The notes under the pieces are model-generated. The model saw only the letters and a program-made list of their open reading frames with translations, was not told where the DNA came from and made no database searches. Below, piece by piece: positions 17,783-27,818 of a stretch of 64,000 nucleotides of DNA. Origin of the DNA: Archaeoglobus sp. JdFR-37 (GTDB lineage: Archaea > Halobacteriota > Archaeoglobi > Archaeoglobales > Archaeoglobaceae). The position numbers and the translations under genes were made by a program. The stretch covers positions 1-64,000 of the forward strand of contig MTMY01000047.1 in assembly GCA_002010215.1 (NCBI GenBank), read 5' to 3'. The first letter of the stretch is position 1. Every line of letters starts with the position of its first letter.

Positions 17783-19744
17783 TTGGACCCGGGATATTTT
17801 CTTCTGATCCTGTCTTTACTAAGTTCAGCTTATGCAACATATGCCTTTTATTCGGGAGTGAAGAGTAGAAGAAAGCATTTGCTTGCAAGAGCTGAAAGCA
17901 CCGTTTACATTTATACTGCCCTTCTGACTCTTGCATACATTCTTCTAACATATTATTTCCTTGCCAGAGATTTTGGTCTACTCTACGTTTACAGCTATTC
18001 TGACAGGCATCTCTCAACCCTCTACACTATAAGTGCTGTGTGGGCTGGAAGAGAGGGGTCATTACTTTTGTGGGCACTGTATCTGGCAGTAATTAATTCT
18101 GCTATACTCAGGTTTGAGAAAAAGGATGCTGTAACGGCTTTTAGCCTCTCAATATCCTCTTTTGTAGTTTTATTCTTCAACATTCTTCTTCTGACACTGT
18201 CAAACCCCTTTAAACGCCTTGAATTTACACCACCTGATGGGATCGGCTTGAACCCACTACTCAGAACTCCTGAAATGGCACTCCACCCGCCGACCATCTT
18301 TTTGGGCTATGCGGCGACAACCATACCCTTCGCTTTGGTAATCTCGGCCGTGTACTTCAAAGAAGGTTGGTTGAAGAGAGCAAGGTTCTGGATTCTCTTT
18401 TCATGGCTTTTTCTGAGCATCGGCATCTTTCTTGGAGCTTGGTGGGCTTACAAAACGCTGGGATGGGGAGGTTACTGGGCCTGGGACCCGGTTGAGAATG
18501 CCTCGCTGCTGCCCTGGCTCACAGTTTCTGCATTGATCCATGGCATAATGGTGGAGGAAAGGCGAAAAGGACTGGGAGCGTGGAATTACTTTTTGGCCAT
18601 CATTTCATTTGGTCTCGTAATACTTGCAACTTTCATAACTAGAAGTGGAATCATAAGTAGCGTTCACGCCTTTGGGGAGAATCCAGAGGGATGGATGTAC
18701 TTGCTCCTCATCGTTCTTTCAACGGCAGTAGGTTTAGTTCTCTATAATTCCAGAAAAGAGCTGTTTCGCGACTCTCTCGATCTCTCGTTTAATAGGGAGA
18801 CAACAATCTTTGCCAACATCATGCTTCTGCTTCTATCAACCTTCACAATACTGCTGGGAACTCTTGCACCCTTACTTGGAGAGGACGTTCAAATCACTAG
18901 ACAGTATTATGACAGGATAGAGATACCGCTTGGAACAGCCTTGGTGATTCTGTTGGGCATCTGCGCTGCCATAAACTGGAGATCAGACAGAGATACTTTC
19001 TTAAAATCCAGTAGAGTTGCAGTTGCTGGTGGAGTCATCGCATTCATAGCGGTCTTTGCAACTACTAAGTTAATTGTAGCATCGCTGGGGGCAGCAATCT
19101 TTGCTTTCTCACTTCTTACACACATTCAGAACTTGAAAATTTCAGATACGCGAAATCCAAGGAAGTTTGGAGGATATATTACTCACATTGGGATAATCAT
19201 TCTTTTCCTTGGGGTGATGGGTTCTTGGATTTATGAGGAGAGTTACAAAAATGTGGCATTGGAACTTAACCAGCCAAAAAATGTTGGGGGATATACTCTG
19301 CTGTATAGAGACAACCAGATGGTGGATGAGCACGACAAGCTGGTTGTTACTGCTGTTGTGGAAGTTTACCGTGGAGATGAGCTGGTGGGAGTATGTAAGC
19401 CCCACTTGAAAGTGTATAAGCTCAACAGGCAGGACAGGGTTGTGAGTTCTGTAGAAATTCTCTCAAAGCCAACCCATGACATCTATATTGCCGCATCTGG
19501 GTTTTCGGAAGACCTCAAGAAAGTTTTTATAGAGCTTTATGTGGTTCCACTCATCAGTTTTGTCTGGGTAGGTTCTGTTGTTATGATGGCTGGCGGGACA
19601 TACGCTGTTTTCAGTAAGATGAGCATTACTGGGATAAATATTGCTGGAGAGGATAGAGAGGGGAGAGAGATTGGTATCGATGTAAGCAAAGATGGAAAGA
19701 CTAGTGGAAGAAAAAGCCGGAAAAAGAAGGGCAAAAAGAAATAA
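17783..19744 (+). CDS. ccmF: Cytochrome c synthetase CcmF
   Basis: GLNPLL, HPP, WGGYWAWDPVENASLLPW, SVHAF. Confidence 0.93.
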   Translation: MDPGYFLLILSLLSSAYATYAFYSGVKSRRKHLLARAESTVYIYTALLTLAYILLTYYFLARDFGLLYVYSYSDRHLSTLYTISAVWAGREGSLLLWALYLAVINSAILRFEKKDAVTAFSLSISSFVVLFFNILLLTLSNPFKRLEFTPPDGIGLNPLLRTPEMALHPPTIFLGYAATTIPFALVISAVYFKEGWLKRARFWILFSWLFLSIGIFLGAWWAYKTLGWGGYWAWDPVENASLLPWLTVSALIHGIMVEERRKGLGAWNYFLAIISFGLVILATFITRSGIISSVHAFGENPEGWMYLLLIVLSTAVGLVLYNSRKELFRDSLDLSFNRETTIFANIMLLLLSTFTILLGTLAPLLGEDVQITRQYYDRIEIPLGTALVILLGICAAINWRSDRDTFLKSSRVAVAGGVIAFIAVFATTKLIVASLGAAIFAFSLLTHIQNLKISDTRNPRKFGGYITHIGIIILFLGVMGSWIYEESYKNVALELNQPKNVGGYTLLYRDNQMVDEHDKLVVTAVVEVYRGDELVGVCKPHLKVYKLNRQDRVVSSVEILSKPTHDIYIAASGFSEDLKKVFIELYVVPLISFVWVGSVVMMAGGTYAVFSKMSITGINIAGEDREGREIGIDVSKDGKTSGRKSRKKKGKKK

Positions 19745-19837
19745 CTAAACTCCAAAAATCATCCTCAAAGAGCCTTTAAGGCGATAAAAACTTTAAAGCG
19801 GTAAAAACGTAAAAAGAAAAATGGAAACCTCACCTAT

Positions 19838-20638
19838 TTAGAGGCTCACTTCCTCGATTATTTTGTTCATCTCCTCTGCCTTCTCTTTTAGAATGTCTAG
19901 GGCTTTTCTCATGACCGTTCTCATGGGCATCTGCCCAATGCCTTCTACCATAAAAAGGAACTTTCCCGTCTCTTCATCAATTTTTATAGCATCCAGTGGG
20001 CACTCTTTTACACACTCATAGCAGAGCGAGCACTCAATTACTTTTGCAGGAATAGCTTTTCCATTTTCCATCTCAAAAACATTTCTGGGGCAGACTTCAA
20101 TACACTTCTCGCATCCGTCGCAATCCTCAACTACTATTTCTGGGACGATTCTGTAAGCACACACTGAGACCGGCTGAAACTTCGAATGCTCCCTTCCGGT
20201 TCCCAGCCTAGCTATTGCTTCGATCATAAGCTGCTGCCCCTCGTAAAGCTGGACTACTGGGATGTTATTGTAGACAGGGGTTGTTTCAGGGTCATCGGAA
20301 ACGAAGTCTCCCGAATATACCATTTTAGGCCCTTCAACGTTTAATCTCAGACTTACTTGGCAGCTCGGGCACCCCTCGCCCCCGCATACACATTTATCCT
20401 GCATGTTGAACCTTTCAAGATCAGTCTTGAGGGGCACAAGTCCGATTCTGTGGGCAATAATCTCATCGTAAAGCAGAGATGTGTTCATGTATATGTCTAC
20501 ATAGTCCACTGCCATTGTTGGAACCAGACTTTTCATTGCTCTCCGCCATGAGTTGGCAAAGGCCGGGTTCGCCTCGGTGAGGATGAACCTGACTTTGAGG
20601 TCGTCCTCGTCGATAAACTCAACTTTCATCTCAAACAC
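19838..20638 (-). CDS. rpoD: RNA polymerase subunit D (Rpo3) with ferredoxin-like domain
   Basis: DEIIAHRIGLVPL, G.GREHSKFQP, two CxxCxxCxxxCP motifs. Confidence 0.95.
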   Translation of the reverse strand: MFEMKVEFIDEDDLKVRFILTEANPAFANSWRRAMKSLVPTMAVDYVDIYMNTSLLYDEIIAHRIGLVPLKTDLERFNMQDKCVCGGEGCPSCQVSLRLNVEGPKMVYSGDFVSDDPETTPVYNNIPVVQLYEGQQLMIEAIARLGTGREHSKFQPVSVCAYRIVPEIVVEDCDGCEKCIEVCPRNVFEMENGKAIPAKVIECSLCYECVKECPLDAIKIDEETGKFLFMVEGIGQMPMRTVMRKALDILKEKAEEMNKIIEEVSL

Positions 20639-20652
20639 CGCTAAAAAAGGGA

Positions 20653-21051
20653 TTAAACCCTTCTACCCCTCTTCCCACCTGGTGGGCGGGTACCATCATG
20701 GGGTATAGGTGTTACGTCTTCGATCCTCCCAATTTTCAGGCCAGCTCTGGCAAGAGCCCTGATGGCTGCCTGAGCTCCGGGGCCAGGAGTGGTATGTTTG
20801 TTGCCTCCGGGAGCTCTGACTTTTATATGCACACCCTCAATTCCCTTGTCCTTAGCCTTCTCAGCAGCTCTCAGGGCAGCCTGCATGGCTGTGTAGGGGT
20901 TACCCTCATCCCTGTCCGCCTTAACGATCATTCCGCCGCTTACTCTTGCTATCGTCTCGCTGCCGGTAATATCGGTAATCGTAATTATAGTATTGTTATA
21001 TGAAGAAAATATATGGGCTATTCCCCAGATACCCTTCTTCTTTTCAGCCAT
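20653..21051 (-). CDS. rps11: 30S ribosomal protein S11
   Basis: [30 protein letters not shown]. Confidence 0.97.
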   Translation of the reverse strand: MAEKKKGIWGIAHIFSSYNNTIITITDITGSETIARVSGGMIVKADRDEGNPYTAMQAALRAAEKAKDKGIEGVHIKVRAPGGNKHTTPGPGAQAAIRALARAGLKIGRIEDVTPIPHDGTRPPGGKRGRRV

Positions 21052-21052
21052 A

Positions 21053-21580
21053 CTACTCAGCCTCCATCAAACCCTTTGATGCGAAGGATGAGGTTCTGTA
21101 ATATCCGATCTTGCTCTCCTCATCCTTCTCGACAATGTAACTGGGTGCGGTTATTCTCCTTCCATCCACGGCGATGTGACCATGTACTATCATCTGTCTG
21201 GCCTGCTTTATCGTCCTCGCCAGACCCTGCCTGTACACCAGCGTCTGCAATCGCCTCTCAAGGAAGTCCTCCACGCTTAGGTTCAGGATGTCGTCAAGTG
21301 TGGCATTTTCTTCTAGCACGCCCATTCTGTTAAGTCTCCTAATGACCTGCTGTGCCTTTGCTTTCGCATATTCTCCTTCTTTGCCCGGCAGATCTATTTT
21401 GGCCAGCAAGTCTCTGGCAACTCCCCTATACTTCCTGAGGATATTCTGAAATCTCCAGAGTTCTCTTTTATTTCTCAACCCGTACTTTACAACAATCTGG
21501 ATTTCCTTCTCCAGTCTCAGCTTATCCCAAGGACGGGTTGGTGTGACGTATTTCTTTCTGTGTCTCTTTGGATCACCCAT
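21053..21580 (-). CDS. rps4: 30S ribosomal protein S4
   Basis: [31 protein letters not shown]. Confidence 0.97.
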   Translation of the reverse strand: MGDPKRHRKKYVTPTRPWDKLRLEKEIQIVVKYGLRNKRELWRFQNILRKYRGVARDLLAKIDLPGKEGEYAKAKAQQVIRRLNRMGVLEENATLDDILNLSVEDFLERRLQTLVYRQGLARTIKQARQMIVHGHIAVDGRRITAPSYIVEKDEESKIGYYRTSSFASKGLMEAE

Positions 21581-21605
21581 AAATAATCACCCTAACATTT
21601 CTACA

Positions 21606-22049
21606 TTATTTCTTCCTTCTGATAACTCCAACTGTAACTCCTTTTCTCCCAGTGGAGCGTGTGCGCTGACCTCTCACTTTCTTGCCTTTAGCATGCCTTA
21701 TACCTCTATAGGCTTTCATTCTTATCAATGTTTCCACATCAACCATTCTTGCAAAGTCAACGTCTTTGCTCAGCAAATGGAGATTCTGTCCGGTATGGGG
21801 GTCTTTTCTCCTGTTCAACATCCATGGTGGAAGCGTCTCGATTTCCTCCTCCACGAACTTCTTTATCTTTTCAATCGTCTCATTGTCCAGCTCTCCAAGT
21901 TTCGCTCGTCCATCAATGCCTAACTGGTTTACCACAGCCCTCGCCATTCTTGTTCCTATACCCTTGATTCCTGTTAGCGCAAACATTACACTCTTCTTTC
22001 CATCAAGATCAGTATCCGCTATACGAACTATGTGTCTGAACTCTGCCAT
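21606..22049 (-). CDS. rps13: 30S ribosomal protein S13
   Basis: ALTGIKGIG, YRGIRH, VRGQRTRSTGR. Confidence 0.97.
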   Translation of the reverse strand: MAEFRHIVRIADTDLDGKKSVMFALTGIKGIGTRMARAVVNQLGIDGRAKLGELDNETIEKIKKFVEEEIETLPPWMLNRRKDPHTGQNLHLLSKDVDFARMVDVETLIRMKAYRGIRHAKGKKVRGQRTRSTGRKGVTVGVIRRKK

Positions 22050-22094
22050 GGCAATCGCCTAAGCACAGCCATAGGAAAAGGATATTTAAAGATT

Positions 22095-22625
22095 ATGTCT
22101 ATGGAAGGTATGCTCTTCTGCGGCATAGACGTGGGAAAGCGTTGTGCTGCTGCCGTGCTCGGAGAAAATCTGGTTTATGTTGGGGAGCTTGAGGAGGCTA
22201 TGAAATTCAGCTTCAAGGTAGCCGGAATTGACGCTCCACTCACCTCTGCCACAAAGTTGAGAGATTGCGATAAAGAGCTTCTGAAAATGGGAATAAAACT
22301 CTTCCCACCAGGATGGAGGGGAATGCAGATAATTGCTAAGGAGGGTATGAAGATTGCTGAAAATCTCCGCAGAATTGGGGTTGAGGTTTATGAGGTCTAT
22401 CCTTATGCAACTAGAAAAATACTATCTATTGCCCCAAATGCCAAAAAAAGTACAGCAGAGGGAAGAAGAGAAATCACAGAGGCTATAAAAAAATTCATCG
22501 ATTTGTCAGAGGATTTAAACCATCATGAGCTTGATGCAGTGATAGCAGCATTAACGGTTAAACTACTCAAAGAGGGGAAAGCGAGAACTGTTGGGAAAGA
22601 ATGTTCAATTGTTGTCCCCATCTAA
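22095..22625 (+). CDS. DUF429 family RNase H-fold protein
   Basis: GIDVG, IDAPL, RDCD, EVYP, HELDAVIAAL; start moved to 22095. Confidence 0.75.
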   Translation: MSMEGMLFCGIDVGKRCAAAVLGENLVYVGELEEAMKFSFKVAGIDAPLTSATKLRDCDKELLKMGIKLFPPGWRGMQIIAKEGMKIAENLRRIGVEVYEVYPYATRKILSIAPNAKKSTAEGRREITEAIKKFIDLSEDLNHHELDAVIAALTVKLLKEGKARTVGKECSIVVPI

Positions 22626-22874
22626 CCTTTCCAGTTCTTCAACATTCATCTTGGGTTTTCTCTTCCAGATTGCGTAATCTTTAGCCGCAACAATAACTGG
22701 GCAGTAAGGGGGACACGCTCCGTTTAAAAGTACTCTATTTGAAAAGCAAACATCTAGGTTTGTACATGAGATCATCCTAACAGATCTCTGGTTGACATTT
22801 ACAATAACTTTGGCAACCATTCTCTTGGAAGAAACCATAAGGTTAACGGCGTTATCGAGGCCATCAATATCCAT
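22605..22874 (-). CDS. Small Cys-containing hypothetical protein
   Basis: SCTNLDVC...GACPPYCP; RBS-like GGGG before the ATG at 22874. Confidence 0.5.
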   Translation of the reverse strand: MDIDGLDNAVNLMVSSKRMVAKVIVNVNQRSVRMISCTNLDVCFSNRVLLNGACPPYCPVIVAAKDYAIWKRKPKMNVEELERLDGDNN

Positions 22875-23004
22875 ATTTAACCCCCGATAATAATTACTAT
22901 TATCACCATATTTAAATTTTACCATCATGATGAAATATAGTAACGGATGAAACTATTGTTTGAGGACGGATTAAAAATTAGGTTAAGATAGAAATTACAG
23001 AAGT

Positions 23005-23694
23005 TTAATCAGAAATCTCAAAAACCTCTCCGGGTTTAAGAACAGCTACTTTCGTAGGTAGAGTCTCCTCCACTGCCTTCTTGAATTCTTCAGGATTCTG
23101 CTCTATGACGGGGAAAGTATTGTAGTGCATTGGTATAGCATATTTCGGCTTTACGAGTTCAACGGCTTTAACAGCTCCTTTTATGCCCATTGTGTACCAG
23201 TCTCCGATAGGTACCAGCATCACATCGGGCTTATGCAACTCTCCTATGAGCTGCATATCCAGAAAGACATCGGTGTCGCCGCAGTGGTAAACCTTTACTC
23301 CATCAAGCTCCACAATAACTCCAGTTGCAGTACCTGAGCTGATTATTTCATCATCTTCCTCCACATCTGCTGAATGCAAAGCATGAACCATTGTTACGCC
23401 AACTCCGGAAACTCTTGCTGTACCGCCCATGTTCATTCCCACAGTTTCCACACCTTTTCTGGCAATTATTCTGGAAAGCTCATGGATGCAGACTATAGGT
23501 GCATCATTGTTTCTGGCAATCTCAACTGCATCGCCAAGATGATCTCCATGGCCATGGGTAACAACAACCACATCTGCCTTGACATCTGCAGGTTTCAAAG
23601 GTGATAACGGATTGCCTGTCAGAAATGGGTCGATAACCACCGTTTTGCTTCCCTCAAGAATAAATGCTGCGTGTCCCAACCATCTGATTTTCAA
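23005..23694 (-). CDS. Metallo-beta-lactamase-fold hydrolase (UPF0173)
   Basis: WLGHAAF, THGHGDHLGD, YHCGDT, PMHYNTF. Confidence 0.9.
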   Translation of the reverse strand: MKIRWLGHAAFILEGSKTVVIDPFLTGNPLSPLKPADVKADVVVVTHGHGDHLGDAVEIARNNDAPIVCIHELSRIIARKGVETVGMNMGGTARVSGVGVTMVHALHSADVEEDDEIISSGTATGVIVELDGVKVYHCGDTDVFLDMQLIGELHKPDVMLVPIGDWYTMGIKGAVKAVELVKPKYAIPMHYNTFPVIEQNPEEFKKAVEETLPTKVAVLKPGEVFEISD

Positions 23695-23762
23695 AATATC
23701 ACCTCCCCCTCAATTTACATGCTTTCGAAAATTAAATATTTTTTTACCAATGCCTCACTTTT

Positions 23763-23876
23763 ATGGCAGAGAAAAAAGCAGTGTGCGGAGTATGTGGCCA
23801 CGAATGGGATGTGTGGGAAGTTAGCCAGTCAAAACTTTGCTGTCCAAAATGCGGGGCGGAACTTAAGGGAGACTGA
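23763..23876 (+). CDS. 37-aa zinc-finger microprotein (CxxC...CPxCG), not in ORF track
   Basis: MAEKKAVCGVCGHEWDVWEVSQSKLCCPKCGAELKGD*; fills an intergenic gap. Confidence 0.65.
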   Translation: MAEKKAVCGVCGHEWDVWEVSQSKLCCPKCGAELKGD

Positions 23877-23888
23877 TGGACCTCAAAG

Positions 23889-25154
23889 CTAATGAAAGAT
23901 GTGCTTTTTTTCCACATTCATCCTGACCAAAGGCTTGGAAAGGTGTCTTCTGGCTGAAGGAGGAACCTCATAGAACCCCTCTTCCAACTCCCTTTCAACC
24001 TTTCTTTTTACCTTGCTGTAGGTCTTTGTTTTGCATTTTCTACATCTGAAACCCTGACCTTTCCCAGCAGACTCCATTCTTTTGCCGCAAACACTGCATG
24101 TAGGGTTTTCCTCAACATAGACTTCTCCAAGCCTCACCACGTTGATTTTTTCAAGGTTCAGGGTTTCATTCTTCATTGAACCAAACACCTCAACTTCGTC
24201 ACCAATCTCCAGCATTCTGATAATTCTCCTGAATTGCTTCGTAGGCTCGAAAGCAGCACAAGTAACATCGCCAAAAATGGTTTCGATGACGAAGAACACA
24301 TGTCCACCCTCAATATCGTAAGGCCTTTCGACTACTTTCCCTCGAAGTTTATAAGACTGGTGGTCTTTCAGTTCTGAAACCTCTTCTTGGGGGATTATAT
24401 GCATATCTGTTCCTTGGTTTGTTATGAAAATCATGTCGTCAGCTTTCTCCTCTGTGACGATGAGGGATGTAGCTTTTCTGATGGCTTCAATGCTGTCTCC
24501 TCGAATACCGTAAAGGACAGGATCAGGTGAATTTGGAACGGCAACGACAACATCGTTCACCCTATCAACAGTGTCCCAGGTAAGCGGATAAGTTTCATCA
24601 TCTGCCCTGAAAAAGCTGTCTCTGTCGTACTCTCTTTTCTTCCCAAATCTCTCTGGCTTTCTGTAAACCAGAAGTTCGAAGGTGTAGTCATGGAGTTCCA
24701 GCCCTACGGCTGCGAGACTCCCGATAAGCCCCCTACCAGATTTATACTTGAGGTGAGGTAACAGATACTTGCCAATTATGAAGAAGGCCTCATCCACTGT
24801 TATCACGTTTCTGACTGCCTTCATGGCGAAGACCGAGAGGGTATCGAGAACTTCATCTCTCTCAGCATCAACAAAAACCGCTCCGGGATCAGCTTCATCC
24901 ATCTCTGCCAGCTCAAGGATTTTCTCATTTACAACATCAATAACTCTTCTTGGATTTTCAGTTTCAATCATAAATGATACTGCTCCATTACCCCTGGTTT
25001 TGTAGGGGATGGTGGGGTTTAGCCTGATAAGCCTTGGAAAGCCGATAAGCCTGTCGCCAAGCTCCTCGAGCTCCCTTATTATCTGGAGGGCCAAGTAGGT
25101 TGTGCACATACCTTTTGCCGAATCCGTGTCGTCAATTCCAACCCAGAGCCTCAC
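23889..25154 (-). CDS. tiaS: tRNA(Ile2) agmatidine synthetase
   Basis: GIDDTDS..GMCTTY, RLNP.IPYKTRGNGA, GGHVF, AFEPT, zinc ribbon, RRHLSKP. Confidence 0.95.
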   Translation of the reverse strand: MRLWVGIDDTDSAKGMCTTYLALQIIRELEELGDRLIGFPRLIRLNPTIPYKTRGNGAVSFMIETENPRRVIDVVNEKILELAEMDEADPGAVFVDAERDEVLDTLSVFAMKAVRNVITVDEAFFIIGKYLLPHLKYKSGRGLIGSLAAVGLELHDYTFELLVYRKPERFGKKREYDRDSFFRADDETYPLTWDTVDRVNDVVVAVPNSPDPVLYGIRGDSIEAIRKATSLIVTEEKADDMIFITNQGTDMHIIPQEEVSELKDHQSYKLRGKVVERPYDIEGGHVFFVIETIFGDVTCAAFEPTKQFRRIIRMLEIGDEVEVFGSMKNETLNLEKINVVRLGEVYVEENPTCSVCGKRMESAGKGQGFRCRKCKTKTYSKVKRKVERELEEGFYEVPPSARRHLSKPLVRMNVEKKHIFH

Positions 25155-25289
25155 TTTCAGTCACTTGGCATATTGGTTATTTAAAATTCAGCCTTGCACT
25201 CATTTACATTCAGCACCATTTTGCTACACTTCTCTCATTACTTTCACTCCAGTCGCAACTCCCTTAAAATTTGGGAGCTAATTGGTGGT

Positions 25290-25817
25290 ATGAAATTTTA
25301 TGCAAGTTCAGTTTTTGAGTGTATGAGGAAGGTCTATTATCAAATTAAGTTTCCCAAGCTGGTGTACTTTCCACAAGAGCTAAGAGAGAGGGGTTTGAAA
25401 GCTGAACTCAGAGCAAAAGAGGAACTCAAACATCTGAAGCTGACAAGGGGACGGAAAATAAAAATCAGATTCCAGGAGTTCTCGATAATCTGTCTGCCTG
25501 ATTACATTGACTGGCGTAAAAGACTTGTAGTAGAGGTAAAGTCTGTTCAGAATGTGAGAAACCTAGCAAAGACTTGGATAGGGCAGATAAATCTCTACAT
25601 GCTTGCGTTATCCTATGAAAAAGGTATTTTGGTTCAGGTGGACGATTCTGGAATTCTAGACATTTCAGAGTTCTATTTCGATGAAAATATGGCACAAGAA
25701 TGCATAGCCTATTTTGAGAGGCTCAATGAATTCATTAAGAATGATAAGCTGCCTGAACTGCCGGATGTACCTTGCAGTGGATACTGCAGTTTTTCAAAAA
25801 TCTGCGGAAATCCATAA
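25290..25817 (+). CDS. Solo Cas4-like PD-(D/E)xK nuclease
   Basis: ECMRKVYY, PD...VVEVKS, QINLY, C-terminal CSGYC...C; start moved to 25290. Confidence 0.7.
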   Translation: MKFYASSVFECMRKVYYQIKFPKLVYFPQELRERGLKAELRAKEELKHLKLTRGRKIKIRFQEFSIICLPDYIDWRKRLVVEVKSVQNVRNLAKTWIGQINLYMLALSYEKGILVQVDDSGILDISEFYFDENMAQECIAYFERLNEFIKNDKLPELPDVPCSGYCSFSKICGNP

Positions 25818-25857
25818 GTTTTTAATGTTTAAAAACAAACAATGCCTTGTGGTTTCC

Positions 25858-27780
25858 ATGAGGGTGATTTACCCGCCAGAGGACTTTGTAAAAAAAGCCA
25901 ACGTGAGAGACCCGGCAATTTATTCCAGAACTGCTGAAGACTGGAAGGGGTTCTGGGAAGACTTTGCCAGAGAACTCCACTGGTATGAGCCATGGGATGT
26001 GTTTCTTGACGAATCAAAAGCTCCTTACTACCGATTCTTCGTAAACGGAAAGATAAATGTTGCATACAACTGCATTGATAGGCATCTTGAGGGGAAGAGA
26101 ACGAAAGCTGCGGTGATATGGGAGGGTGAAGATGGAGCTCAGAGAGTTTTGACGTATCAGGACCTCTACAGAGAAGTATGCCGTTTATCAAATGCTCTAA
26201 AGGAGCTTGGGGTTGAGAAGGGTGACAGAGTGGCAATTTTCATGCCAAATGTTCCAGAAACGATCATAGCCATGCTTGCATGTGCTAGAATAGGAGCAGT
26301 CCACGTGGTTGTTTTTGAGGGTTTCAGTGCCAGAGCCCTTGCTTTCAGGTTGAAAGACTCTCATGCCAATTTTATAATCACGTGTGACGGTTATTACAGG
26401 CGAGGCGAGATCCACAGGCTGAAAGATAAGGTTGATGAGGCCTTAAAGGGTTATCAGGGTGTCAAGAGAGTGATAGTGGTTAAGAGGCTCGGAATCGAAA
26501 TAAGCATGCTTCCCGACAGGGACTTCTGGTGGGATAATGTTGTAAAGGGGCAGAAGGCTAGATGCGAGCCTGAGATAATGGATGCCAATGACCCGCTCTT
26601 CATAATGTACACCAGCGGAGCCATAGCAGAGCCGAAAGGCGTTGTGCATTCCACTGGCGGTTTTCTGGTGCATGTATATGCCACAACAAAGATGGTTCTG
26701 GATTTGAAAGATAACGATGTTTTCTGGTGCACGGCAGAACCCGGATGGATAACTGGCCATAGCTATGTTGTTTACGGCCCTCTTTCCAATGGCGGAACGG
26801 TTTTAATCTATGAAGGCGCTCCAGACTACCCGCACCCCTGCAGAGTGTATGAGATAATAGAGAAGTATGGGGTGAGTGTTTTCTATACTGTCCCGACTCT
26901 TATAAGAATGCTCTCAGCATGCAAGGATGAGGAGATTGAGAAATATGATCTGTCTTCTCTACGCCTCCTCGGAAGCGTTGGTGAGCCTATAGAGCCAGAC
27001 ACTTGGCTGTGGTTCTATAGAAAGGTGGGGAAGGAGAGGTGCCCCATCGTTGACACATGGTGGCAGACCGAGACTGGTGGGCATGTCATATCTCCGCTCC
27101 CCGCTCTTACCCCAATGAAGCCCGGCTCCGTTACAAAACCCCTTCCCGGTTTTCTGGTGGACATAGTTGATGATGGGGGCAAGCCCACAAAACCCTTCCA
27201 AATAGGCAATCTGGTTATAAAAAGACCTTTTCCCGGAATTTTCCTGAACCTCCACGCTGACCCAAGGCACTACGTCAAGCTCTACTGGAGCAGATACGGT
27301 AAGAAGGTTTACTACACAGGTGATGCTGCTTATAGGGATGACGACGGCTACATCTGGGTTATTGGAAGGGTTGACGATGTCCTGAACATAAGCGGGCATA
27401 GAGTTTCGACAGTTGAAGTGGAGCACGTCATCATGGAGCTTGATGAGGTTAAGGAATGTGCAGTCATCGGAATTCCTGATAGAGTTAGGGGATTTGCCAT
27501 CGGAGTCTTTGCCATCATAAGGGGGGAGAACTACGAAGAGGTGGCTAAGACCATACAGGAGAAAGTGAAGGAGTCAATAGGATCATTTGCAAAGCCATCT
27601 CTCATCGTCTTCACACCTGATCTACCAAGAACTGAAGGGAGAAAGGTTGTAAAGAGGGCTTTGAGCGAGTTCATGAACGGCAGGGATGTGGAGATTTCCA
27701 CACTAACAAATCCCGAAATACTCAGAAAAATAAAGGAAACAATAAAGCGTGACTCCAGAGGAGTCTACGTGGTTAAATAA
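25858..27780 (+). CDS. Acetate/short-chain acyl-CoA ligase (AMP-forming) with divergent motifs
   Basis: N.AYNCIDRH, GWITGHSY..YGPL, GSVGEPI, DTWWQTETG, GRVDDVLNISGHR; start moved to 25858. Confidence 0.85.
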   Translation: MRVIYPPEDFVKKANVRDPAIYSRTAEDWKGFWEDFARELHWYEPWDVFLDESKAPYYRFFVNGKINVAYNCIDRHLEGKRTKAAVIWEGEDGAQRVLTYQDLYREVCRLSNALKELGVEKGDRVAIFMPNVPETIIAMLACARIGAVHVVVFEGFSARALAFRLKDSHANFIITCDGYYRRGEIHRLKDKVDEALKGYQGVKRVIVVKRLGIEISMLPDRDFWWDNVVKGQKARCEPEIMDANDPLFIMYTSGAIAEPKGVVHSTGGFLVHVYATTKMVLDLKDNDVFWCTAEPGWITGHSYVVYGPLSNGGTVLIYEGAPDYPHPCRVYEIIEKYGVSVFYTVPTLIRMLSACKDEEIEKYDLSSLRLLGSVGEPIEPDTWLWFYRKVGKERCPIVDTWWQTETGGHVISPLPALTPMKPGSVTKPLPGFLVDIVDDGGKPTKPFQIGNLVIKRPFPGIFLNLHADPRHYVKLYWSRYGKKVYYTGDAAYRDDDGYIWVIGRVDDVLNISGHRVSTVEVEHVIMELDEVKECAVIGIPDRVRGFAIGVFAIIRGENYEEVAKTIQEKVKESIGSFAKPSLIVFTPDLPRTEGRKVVKRALSEFMNGRDVEISTLTNPEILRKIKETIKRDSRGVYVVK

Positions 27781-27818
27781 ATGAAAGGACAAGGGATAAA
27801 CTTCTAGTTAAAGGTAAA

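Noticed and set aside
19773..19810. Imperfect ~17-nt tandem repeat between ccmF and rpoD
   Set aside because: Only two degenerate A-rich copies in a convergent terminator region
19838..20638. Fe-S motifs in RpoD (likewise the CxxxY CcmE and the Zn-lid Adk elsewhere in the window) as novelties
   Set aside because: All are already described archaeal variants
22925..22975. ATGATGA resembling a C box
   Set aside because: No suitably placed CTGA D/D' boxes or terminal stem
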